Source: Eledone cirrhosa
Lineage: Eukaryota
NCBI GenBank assembly: GCA_964016885.1
Contig: OZ024741.1
Coordinates: 217,000,001 to 217,064,000 of the forward strand
Direction of reading: 5' to 3'
Length of the DNA: 64,000 bases
The notes beneath the pieces were generated by a model that saw only the letters and a list, made by a program, of their open reading frames with translations, ran no database searches and was not told where the DNA came from. The translations under genes and the position numbers were made by a program. Positions 52,844 through 64,000 of this stretch are shown here, piece after piece (position 1 is the first letter of the stretch; each line of letters begins with the position of its first letter).

Positions 52844-52915
52844 GGTTCCAGCGAGTTTCGAACTCGCGACCTTCTGCGTGTGAAGCAGACGTGATAACCA
52901 CTACACCATGGAACC
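52844..52915 (-). tRNA. tRNA-Val(CAC), intact
   Basis: Perfect stems, loop TT-CAC-AC, downstream T-run on the coding strand. Confidence 0.85.
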
Positions 52916-53699
52916 ACATGTAGACCAAACGATAAATAACTTTCTATTATACCTATTTTCTGTCTAAAATATTTATTCGTGACTATTTATACAGATTCTC
53001 TCGACTTAGAAAACCTAGTGAGACAGTAAATAAACCTGAATATGTTTATAAAGCTCAGTTTAATTCTAATATATTTTATGTTGTTGTTGGCCTTTGGCAA
53101 TGCAGGATTTAGCTGGAGGACTGTGGTTTCTAAAACCCGGGGACTTCTCTGCTAACAAGTCCCCTTCTTCGAGCAGTACTCCACTTCAAACAGAGCTCCA
53201 GCTACCTTTAAGAACGGAACCCTGCTCATAACCGTAATTTTATCTTTTGGAGTGTATGTTTTTCAAAATGTAATTGATGTTGTTTTGTGCAAAGTCATCA
53301 GTGTTCTTTTACTTTAGTGACACCAGGTGGCGAAAGTAGGGAAGCTGCTGTATATGGTGTATAACGTATGTGTATGAGTGTAATCCAAACAATTTTGTAT
53401 GAGATAATACAATATGTTTTGATCCTGAGTTCGGATCCTACTGGAGCATCTGTTAGTATCTAATTTTTTTTTTTTTTATATTTTTATTTCCATCTTTCAT
53501 TTCTTCGTGTTGTTTTTATAGATTGAAAGACACGTTTTTTTTCGAGTAGGATAGAACACAACAGTAGGCCGGACACTTTTACACAAAATAGAACACATTT
53601 GTAGGGATATCTGTGTAAATGTGACCGACATCGGGGCAGGACCAGATTTAGTCCTTGTGAGGCCCGTGGCAGTCGGGGTTTAGTCAGCGTTTAACACAC

Positions 53700-53713
53700 T
53701 CACACATACATAC

Positions 53714-53801
<88 letters not shown>

Positions 53802-53813
53802 GTGTGTGCGCGC

Positions 53814-53888
<75 letters not shown>

Positions 53889-54648
53889 TGTGTGTGTGCG
53901 AGTACATCCTGGGTTCAATTCGGAGTAACCACAGTAAGTGAGGTACTCAATACATAGCAGACACTTAATAGAAGAAAAGATTTGAATTTCTTCAAACCCA
54001 TCAATCCACTAAAAGGTCATGGGTCAAAGAATTGTTCCTACTTTGGGCACAAGGCCAGCAATTATATCAGTGTATTACTGGTACTTTATTTTCTCGACTC
54101 CGTAAGGATGAAAGGCAAAGTTAACCTCGGCGGGATTTGAACTCAGTCCGTAAAGGGCCAGGTCAAATAATGGAGGTAGCAAAAGAATATTCATTGTGTA
54201 CACACACACACACACACACACACACACTCATACACACTCACACACACTCGCACATTCACACTCACACACACACACACACAGACACACTCACACACACTCA
54301 CACACTCACACTCACACACACAGACACACTCACTCACACACTTACACATACATACTCACACACTCACACATTCATACACTCACACTCACACACACATACA
54401 CATACATTCACTCACCCACTTACATATACACACTCACACACACTCACACACACTCACACACACACTCACACACTCTGACTCACAGACACACATACACATA
54501 CATAGTCATACACACACTAGCATATAACCCTACATACACACATAAATATATATACAAACATCAAGCACTATAACCACACATACACACGCAAATATATATA
54601 CACATTAAGCACTATAATTGATAAACAATAGCTACACATATATATATA
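53700..54648. repeat. ~0.95-kb block ((GT)n, unique sequence, SINE fragment, CA-rich) duplicated at 60700-61654; partial copy at 52106-52420
   Basis: Near-identical catcctgggttcaattcggagtaaccacagtaagtgagg...caagcactataaccacac. Confidence 0.85.
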
Positions 54649-55109
54649 CATTCATACCCATGCGTACAATATACACCATATACAGCAGCTCACCCTACAT
54701 TCGCCACCTGGTGTCGCTAAACTAAATGAACTCTGATAAAATAGCACAAAATAAAACATTCTCTCTAAAAGATGAAATTATGATTATGATCAGGGCTTTT
54801 GTTCTTAAAAAGTAACAGGAGCTCTGTGTGAAGGAGGGGTGTTCCTGTTCGAGGCAGGGGCCCTGTTTGAAGAGAAGGCCCAGGTCTTTCACACCCACAG
54901 TCCTCCCCATAAATCATGCTCTACCTAAGACTGAACAACTACATTAAATATATTAGAATTAAACTGAGCTTTATGAACACATTCAGCTTTATTTACTGTC
55001 ACACTAGGTTTTCTAAGTCGAGAGAATCTGTATAAATCTAATCAAGACAAAATATTTTAGACATACAATCTGGGTATAATAGAACATTATTTGTGGAATA
55101 TTTCTATAT

Positions 55110-55181
55110 GGTTCCATGGTGTAGTGGTTATCACGTCTGCTTAACACGCAGAAGGTCGCGAGTTCGAAACTCGCTGGAACC
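55110..55181 (+). tRNA. tRNA-Val(AAC), intact
   Basis: GGTTCCATGGTGTAGTGGTTATCACGTCTGCTTAACACGCAGAAGGTCGCGAGTTCGAAACTCGCTGGAACC followed by an oligo-T Pol III terminator at ~55190. Confidence 0.88.
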
Positions 55182-55637
55182 TATAACTGTTTTTTTTTTT
55201 TATTTGTATAGTGTGTATATATATATATATTGTGTGTGTATGTGTTTGTGTGTGTAGACAATCACGCTATTGCTACCTCCATTATTTTGACCAGGGTCTG
55301 ACGCCATGCTTTACAGCAAAGAGTTATGTCCCTTTATGGTCTGAGTTCAAATCCCGCCGAGGTTAACTTTGCCTTTCATCCTTACGGGGGTTCGATAAAA
55401 TAAAGCACCAGTAATACACTGGGATAATTGCTGGCCTTGTGCCAAATGTAGAAACAATTAATTTGACCTCATGTATTGGAAGAAATTCAAATTTTCTCTT
55501 CCCTATTCAGTCTCTGCTCTCAACTCTCTCTCTTCTTTCTCTCTCAACTCTCTCTCTATCTATCTATCTCACTCTCGCTCTCTCTCTATCTCTCTCTCTC
55601 GTGTATATATATATATGTATATATAAATATATATATA

Positions 55638-55738
55638 CAGGGTGTCCCCAAAAGATACATACACATTTGAACAGCATTCTAAAAAATATTGCCTGTACAG
55701 GTAATCAAAGTATGTATACATTATTTGGGGACACCCTG
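55638..55738. mobile_element. Tc1/mariner-type MITE
   Basis: TIRs CAGGGTGTCCCCAAA / TTTGGGGACACCCTG with TA on both sides. Confidence 0.85.
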
Positions 55739-56010
55739 TATATATATATATATATATGTGTGTGTGTATGTGTGTGTGTGTAGCTGTGTGTGTGTTATGT
55801 TGTTTAGCAATGGGCAAAACTAGTGGTTCCGGTTAGTAAACGATGATGCAATAAATTTTAAGCACTCAATGATATGCAAATCATCCATCGTAGATGTGTT
55901 ATCTCGAGGCTGATATTTAAATATATGTAATATATATAAATATATATAATATACATATATGTGTATATACATATGTATGTGTATATACATGTGTATGTGT
56001 ATATTCATGT

Positions 56011-56069
<59 letters not shown>

Positions 56070-56070
<1 letters not shown>

Positions 56071-59000
56071 TAGCTAAACTACCCGTCCTTTGGACGGTTC
56101 AAGTAGCTTTCGATGTAGCTCATTAAACTAAACAAAGTAAATTTGAATACATAGAAGAAAAACGTACTTTATGTAAACATGAAAACCTTAGGCACTATTC
56201 CAGCGAAATAATTAATATGTGAGCTCGGTGTCATCCGTTATACCATGTAACAACAGAAATCCAGTCTAGGTATAAATTTTTTTGACAACAGTAAAAGAGC
56301 ATCATGAAATAGAGAAGTGAAGTGAATAATAGACACTATTGTGTACATAGGTTGGAATAACAATACAGATTGGACATAACAGGGGGGAACTGATGGATGA
56401 GCAAATCGTTATAAAAAGTGGTGAATGTTGGGTGGGAGCACTCATTGTCTTTTGGATTATTGAAGAGTAGATTTATACACAACATTTTTGGTTTTCCCGT
56501 CAGGAGCATAAATAAATAGGTTGTCAGGATTACCAACTCGAGAACAGCCAACGTAAAACTGACCATGTGAAAAGCAATGGGTTCGAAGATCCAAACCAAC
56601 AACTTTAAGAGATTGGCCTTGAGATTTGTTTATAGTCATTGAAAAACTAAGCTTGAGTGGGAATTGTAACCTTTTCATGGGAAATGGACAATCAGAAAGG
56701 GTAAAGCTTCATTATAGACAATATTCAGGGTTGTTCCTCTGTTAGTGGTATCAATTGCAAATTTTATACCATCAGGATCGCACACTCGAGATGCAGCAAC
56801 ATACAGTTGCCCATGGCTGAATGCTGGATCATTCAAGTAGACACCGACTCGCTTGAAAGTCTGTCCTTGTGTCTTGTTGACAGTCATGGAGAAGGCCAAA
56901 TTGACGGGAAACTGTCTCCTTTGCCAAATGAATGGCAGCAGATCTTCACTTGGTCTGAACATGATCCTCGGAATGAGAACCGATTCCTCTCTGCCTGGGA
57001 GTTTAGCTTCTAAAACTCTTCCGTTAATCAATCTCTCAACAATCAATCTGGTACCATTGCAAAGACTCATTTTATGATTGATATTTCTAAGCAATATAAT
57101 CGTCATACTCTTTTTCAACCTCAAAATATGTGGGGGGAAATCCGGGTATTTGAAGTGAATTCAGATACTCAGTAGGAACATCCATATTGTTCTGCTGATT
57201 AGGCTCCATTGCATCCGCACTCTCAATCAACCATTCCTCTCCAGGAAACATTCTGGCTACTTGTGAATTTAATTCATCGACCGTTGCATTCGTATGAGTT
57301 AGAATAACGCGTTCCGATATCCAGGAGATATTCTGCCAAAAAGCATTCAAATTAGGGAACACCCAGTCAATCAATGCTTGGCGGTCCAGTGGCATGACCA
57401 AATGGTCTGGGATTCTTACAGTCTGATTATCACCAACGTGTGGCAATTCATCGTTTCCCAACTGCATCAACCATCGGCCGTATGTCTCAGCCTCTTCGTT
57501 TTGCCTGAACATACGAAGTCGTATATTATCGTGTAATCGCAAAACTCTGAAATGGCGCCACAACGGGGACTTTTTCAGACATGCATTGACAATTTGCGCT
57601 CTTTGAGCATTCCTAACAATTGGTAGCACCTGTCTGAAATCGCCACCAAGAACGATAGTCTTACCACCGAATGGCAGGTCACTACCGCAGATATCTCTCA
57701 AAGTTCTGTCCAATGCCATTGGAGCCTCGTCCCAAATAATCAGAGACGGATTGCGTATAAGGCCCGTGAGTTCACTTTGTCCTGTAATGTTACAGACACT
57801 CAACTCATCCGGAGCCAATGGAGCCTTGAAGCATGAGTGGAAGGTCCTTCCACCACTCAGCAAAGTGGCAGCGATCCCACTGGTGGCCACAGGGAGAGCA
57901 ATCTTCCTCTGAGCTCTGACTGCCGATAACATAGTATTGAAACAGAATGTCTTTCCGGTGCCTCCTGGAGCATCTATGAAAGCACAAAGTTGCTCATTAG
58001 TGGAAATCGAGTGGAGAACGCCATCGACCAATTCTCTCTGAGATTGGGTCAACATTGGCATACTTTCATCCACAATACGTTGCTGGTCCAGTGGATCAAA
58101 CTGGAATAGTTCCCTCCGATCGAGTGGCAACCGTCTAAGCTGCAATCTCATGTTCAATGTTAAGACACGTTGCCGCATTTCTTCATCGGGAATTGGCAAA
58201 TTGAAATCTCTTAAACATTTGAAATGAACTTCAAGCAGTTGCTCAATATTGAGCAAAATAATAGCTTTCATCAAATGTTCATCATCGACCTGAAGATGAT
58301 GCCTAAAATCATCAGCCATAATTCCCCAATGGCGTTCAAATAACTCACTTGGATCGGCAGGATTGCAGAATCCTAGAATCGTGACAAACAACTGCCTTAT
58401 TTGAGCTGGCATCTGTGTTGTTCCTGTGGCTTCCATGGCGTTATTCCATTCAGCGTCATCATGAAGGAGTCCCAGATGCTGACGCACAGCCTGGTATGTT
58501 TCATATTCCACGCCATTGATTGTTTTCAAATCAGCAAAGTTTTGTTTACCTCTCGATAAATCATTATGCAACAGAATTCGGAGATAAAACACATCACCAG
58601 ATGGGGGATGGACACTACAAACCCGTCCAATAGTCATGAATCTCAACTTTTGTTTTCTATCATTCCATTTCTTTCCCTTCTTATCCCACGTATAGTGCGA
58701 AGGGAAATCGCAGTAGAGTTGCCTTTGATCCGGGTTAAAAGCATGTTCCCTATTATGCTTGAACCACTCAGTCAATTCCGTCTTAGGGGGTGGTGCGTTA
58801 GCAATTCTTTCGACACCTCTTCTAGTGTCCTGAAAACAGACCATTTATCTATTCTCTAAGTGAACCGTCAGTTTCTGAACGCTGGGTTTGCGTTCATTGA
58901 GATCAAAATCGAACAATCTCCAGCAAGCTTCGCTAGGTCTAATCGAGCGAACATCCTGGAACCTGCCAACTTCATCTCCTTGGTTCGCCTCTTCATTCCT

Positions 59001-60450
59001 GACATTGATCATTGCCCGATCATGACCTTTGTAGACATATTTGAATAGATATTTGCAAGCTTTCACTGGGCTACAAATTTCCACATTAATATGACAACAA
59101 TATTTCATAATCAAATATGGATTGTATGACACAACCCATTGATTTGTAACCTGTCGACCGTTTACATTTTCGACCAAACCGCCATCTGCAGGCGACCGTC
59201 TTCTGTATGAAGGATGAGCATCCCCATCGTTCCAGGAAGTGTTCGTGACAAAAGATTTCGGAAAGTGCTTATTGCATTGGCCATTTTTCATGCAAGGCGC
59301 TTTCCGATTTGGCACTGCATCAGCCTTAATCACCAATGTTTGCTGCTGAACATTTTGCTGTTCAGCCACCAACATGAAATCCATAACATAAGGATTACAC
59401 TGTCTAAGCCATGATTGCAAATCACGGATCAAATCACTTAACCTTTGCCGTTCAAGTTCAGTTATATTTCCCGGCAACTTCATCCAACCGATCCTGATAT
59501 CCTCCTCCGATTCACTATAATCTGGATCGTTAACGTAAATTTGAGCGAATCGAGGCCTCTCTCCTAGGGTAACTTCTAAATTACCGATACAATGATACAA
59601 ACGGCCTTGAATGACTACATTCGGTTGCCATGCTCCACTCTCAAACATCTCACTAACTCTCTGCGATGCTAAAGCTAATGAATTGTTAATTTGCCGCGAA
59701 TATTTGCGCAGTAATCTACCTCGGTCTCCTTGATCACCCCACATACTTAGTATTTTAAACTCCGGTGACTCCTCATCATCCGGCATTCGCAAGGGTTCTA
59801 GTTGAACTGCTCCTTTATGACAGCACATTGTGGTCCACGTCAGTTCGTGCCTCCAAAGCAATACTCCACAATGTGGACACTCTGCTCGTCCATCAATCTG
59901 AAAATGACACGGTTGCCATGATCCATTTTTAATATCATCCGTTCGCCTTCTAGCCTCTTTACTGGAATGAGGAGCACTTTGGCGATACATTCTCTGGACT
60001 TCTGTATTGCGCTGGTGCTGTTCAGCCAGCTCCTCTTCATCCATCGCAGCACGCCGTTGCTGCTGAATTCCGGCCATCTGCTGATGATGCTCAGCCAGTT
60101 CGTCTTCAACCATCGCAGCACGCCGTCGCTGCTTGGCTCCAGTGTTTCGTTGGCGTTGTTCAGCCAGCTCCTCTTCATTCATGGCGGCACGCCTTCGCCT
60201 CTGAAGTTCGGCGTTCCGATTGCGCTGTTCGGTCCGTTTTTCTTCATTGCTGGCTGCACGCCGTCGCCGCTGTAGTTCGCTGTTTGATAAAGTCGAATTG
60301 CTTTTATTATCAGTATTCATTTCGAGCAATTGTCAAAAAATGACACAATAATAAATATAAAAGATGTTCGGCAATGTAAAGAAAGGTCCCTATTTACTCC
60401 TTTCACAACTCTGTGTATGTTAGACTGACAGACAGGCACACAGACAGATA
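56070..60450 (-). mobile_element. Degenerate autonomous-type Helitron (Rep-PIF1 helicase) with a chimeric 3' end; 5' boundary approximate
   Basis: ORFs 58845-60329 (CPHC..CC zinc finger, QGRLYH, RFAQIY, KYLFKYVYKG), 57087-58844 (GGTGKTF, WDEAPM, GDFRQVLP) and 56675-57124 (CNGTRL, RRQFPV, TVNKTQGQT, HGQLYVAASRV); 3' hairpin ccgtccaaaggacgg...CTAG|T. Confidence 0.92.
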
Positions 60451-60717
60451 AACTGCGTGGCGATTGTGGAACGCCGCACGTACACACACATACACGCATG
60501 GAAACGCGCACGCACACGCAAACTTACACACGCACCCGTGCACTTACACATACGCACACACTCACACATGTTAATAGTTTTAAACTTTCTGTAGAACGCT
60601 GCACGCACGCACACACACATAAACATAGGCGCACGTACATACACACGCACATATGTTAATAATTATTGCTTTCCTTCCCCTCTTATTTCCACACACATCA
60701 CACACACACATATATAC

Positions 60718-60819
<102 letters not shown>

Positions 60820-61122
60820 GTGCGTGTACATCCTGAGTTCAATTCGGAGTAACCACAGTAAGTGAGGTACTCAATACATAGCAGACACTTAATAGAAGAA
60901 AAGATTTAAATTTCTTCAAACCCATCAATCCACTAAAAGGTCATGGGGTCAAAGAATTGTTCCTACTTTGGGCACAAGGCCAGCAATTATATCAGTGTAT
61001 TACTGGTACTTTATTTTATCGACTCCGTGAGGATGAAAGGCAAAGTTAACTTCGGTGGGATTTGAACTCAGACCATAAAGGGCCAGGTCAAATAATGGAG
61101 GTAGCAAAAGAATATTCATTGT

Positions 61123-61176
<54 letters not shown>

Positions 61177-61654
61177 ATACACACTCACACACACTCAGAC
61201 CCTCACACATTCACACACTCACACACACACAGACACACTCAATCACACACATACACATACATACTCACACACATTCACACACACGCACACTCACACACAC
61301 AGACACACTCACACACACACACACTCTGACTCACAGACACACATGCACATACATAGTCATACACAAACACTCACACATTCACACACACACACTCACACAC
61401 ACAGACACACTCACTCACCCACTTACATATACATACTCACACACACTCACACACACACACTCACACACACACACTCACACACTCTGACTCACAGACACAC
61501 ATACACATACATAGTCATACACACACTAGCATATAACCCTACATACACACATAAATATATATACACACATCAAGCACTATAACCACACATACACACGCAA
61601 ATATATATACACATTAAGCACTATAATTGATAAACAATAGCTACACATATATAT

Positions 61655-62611
61655 ACTAGACATGAAAAATGCGCAAGCTCAAAAGTGCCACAGAATGTTA
61701 TAATAAACCTTCAAAAGTGTGGGACTAGAGTTGTTGCTAAAAAATATTGTAATCATTATATATCGTACATTCTGTGGCATCCTTTATAAAAATAGCTTAA
61801 ACCAACGAAGCCTTTATTTTTACGCTATTTCACTTAGTTAATTCTTAGAGTGTAACATATAAAAATATGATTTACAACTATAAAATAAATTAATTAATAT
61901 AATAACAGAGCTGCGGAGCTGAAATTTAGGAAATAATGGAGTATCGGATCCTGAGTTGGAGCCAGTCAATTTTTGGCCGACTCCGCAGCCCTGTATAATA
62001 CATTTCATATTAAAGTTATTAATAAACCTATTTTACACTTCATGCAAATTACCACGAGATATTGATATTAGATATAAGATACAGCGCAATATCTACAGCT
62101 GTAAAAGTACGAAAGCGAAGTAATAATAAGTGGCTTAAGGTAATTCCAATATGAAAGTTTGTAGTGATAAAAATTTGATAATGCAATACGATTGTTAATA
62201 TTATAGTTCTATGAAAATGTAACAATAGATAACTAAATTAGTTTACTATTAGTATATTTAAGAAATTATCATTATAGATTTGATCGTTCATATAAGCATC
62301 ATATTAAGTTTCAACACAATTATTTTGTTACTATGAGTATATGATAATAATATTACGTAATTATTTATAGCTGTTATTACATTAAACATAGATGTATTTA
62401 TTTTTATATGTTACACTCTAAGAATTAACTAAGTGAAATAGCGTAAAAATAAAGGCTTCGTTGGTTTAAGCTATTTTTATAAAGGATGCCACAGAATGTA
62501 CGATATATAATGATTACAATATTTTTTAGCAACAACTCTAGTCCCACACTTTTGAAGGTTTATTATAACATTCTGTGGCACTTTTGAGCTTGCGCATTTT
62601 TCATGTCTAGT
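61655..62611. mobile_element. Foldback/MITE-like element with ~212-bp essentially perfect inverted repeats
   Basis: 61655-61866 is the reverse complement of 62400-62611; AT-rich non-coding interior. Confidence 0.8.
61906..61993. mobile_element. Small hAT-type MITE nested in the foldback element
   Basis: TIRs cagagctgcggag / ctccgcagccctg; 8-bp flanks tataataa and tataatac. Confidence 0.7.
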
Positions 62612-63167
62612 TTAATATTTTTTTAAGGCAACGCTTGTAATAACTCTAGTTAAACAGGATATATATTAATAATAAATTATCGTTGTAATGTAATTAGATT
62701 ATGTAATTGTTATTATAAATTATCTTATAAATATTAGTGTAAGATGTATAAAAATATTTTCAGACTTTTAATATAAACAACTACAAAAAACAATCAATAT
62801 TAAATCAATATATTATACATAATAGAAAACATAAAATATACAATACAAAAACAAAATATTTACATACAATTGCAATTATCAGTGTATATACATTTTCTTT
62901 ATATTCCCTGAGCAAATTAATAAGATTTGTTTTTATTGTACATAATTTGATGACTTGTTGGAGTGTATTAAAAGATAGCAACAATTTGTGATTAAATTGT
63001 TATCTTAAGCAACTCACTTTTTAATAGTTGTTGGCTGAGCGAAATTGTAAAAGCCTATGAGCAAATATAAAAAAAAATACACAAACAACATTTCCTTGTG
63101 TTATTACAACATTAGATAAAATAATTGAGCAATGTCGTTATATTTTGCTCTTATTGCACATTAATAG

Positions 63168-63335
63168 TGTTTCTATTTTTCGGCACAAATCCATTACGGC
63201 AGTCCATTACTGGTACTTTATTTTATCGAATTAGTAAGTATGAAAGTCGAAGTTAACCTCGGCAGGATTTGATCTTAGAATGCAAAGGACCATAACAATA
63301 CTGCAAAGCATGGTGTCTGACGCTCTACCAATACT
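63168..63335 (-). mobile_element. Diverged SINE copy
   Basis: ctggtactttattttatcga...gttaacctcggcaggatttga. Confidence 0.75.
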
Positions 63336-63821
63336 TGTGTTGAGCTGGTCATTAATTTATGGTGGTCGTGCGTGGAGTAGAGCAATCGCTAGTTGAAATA
63401 TTATGAACAAAACATTTTTATTTGCCGAAGAACATATTTTCAATACTGTTTGTGAATGTGACGAAGGAAATACATTCTGATATGGAACAGTGTACAAAGT
63501 GTGTCTGTGAATAACATAATGTTACCTCATGTTGTTGTCAAGACATAATGGATTTCGTATATCCAGTTAGAAGATGAAACCTAGCCATCTCGGATTAGTT
63601 ATATTTCATGCCATGTGTAAACGTGTTTGAGGATAGCAAAATATGCGTGTTTCTTGTCTGGAAACTTTCTGCTAAACTGATTGGTTTCAGTATATATTTA
63701 ATATAATATTAATATATTTTGTAATATTATTAACTAGCGCTTCAGGCTTTGTCTATATACTGAAACAAATTTGTAAGTCATTACCTAATTAAACTCTTTG
63801 CTTGAAATGTTATCATTCTTC

Positions 63822-63875
<54 letters not shown>

Positions 63876-64000
63876 GGAGAGAGATTTATCTAGTCCTTCG
63901 CTCAAGATTAATCTATAAGTTTAGATGTCTGCCTTCGTTTAAGTAAATATTACAGTAAGATTTTTAATATAAACAACTACAAAAAACAATTAATATTAAA

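Noticed and set aside
53313-54721. Apparent TIR pair tttagtgacaccaggtggcgaa / ttcgccacctggtgtcgctaaa as a DNA transposon
   Set aside because: It is part of a longer ~530-bp inverted duplication that extends to the tRNA genes, not a discrete terminus.

Overview
AT-rich, microsatellite-dense animal DNA; the SINE families resemble those of octopod cephalopods (inference from pattern recognition). The window holds one likely host gene on the + strand. It has three phase-compatible exons (23257-23394, 30528-30816, 33981-40948) giving about 2464 aa: a signal peptide, an AA15-LPMO-like domain lacking the copper histidines, three WCxxNCxxGxCPxxHC modules and a ~6-kb (TTTP)n mucin tract. Its hydrophobic C-terminus is encoded by a frame-shifted duplicate of the start of exon 3. 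There is also a cluster of about 11 tRNA-Val genes and pseudogenes (47-55 kb) that have a Val(TAC)-type body, AAC or CAC anticodons and U73. The rest is repeats: a 49-bp satellite (2.6 kb), a ~33-39-bp satellite (13 kb) with kb-scale higher-order duplications, and two Naiad-type Penelope-like elements with inverted pLTRs. It also carries several families of minimal hammerhead ribozymes, R4/Dong, CRE-like and Tx1-like LINE fragments, a decayed chimeric autonomous Helitron, non-autonomous Helitrons, SINEs and MITEs.
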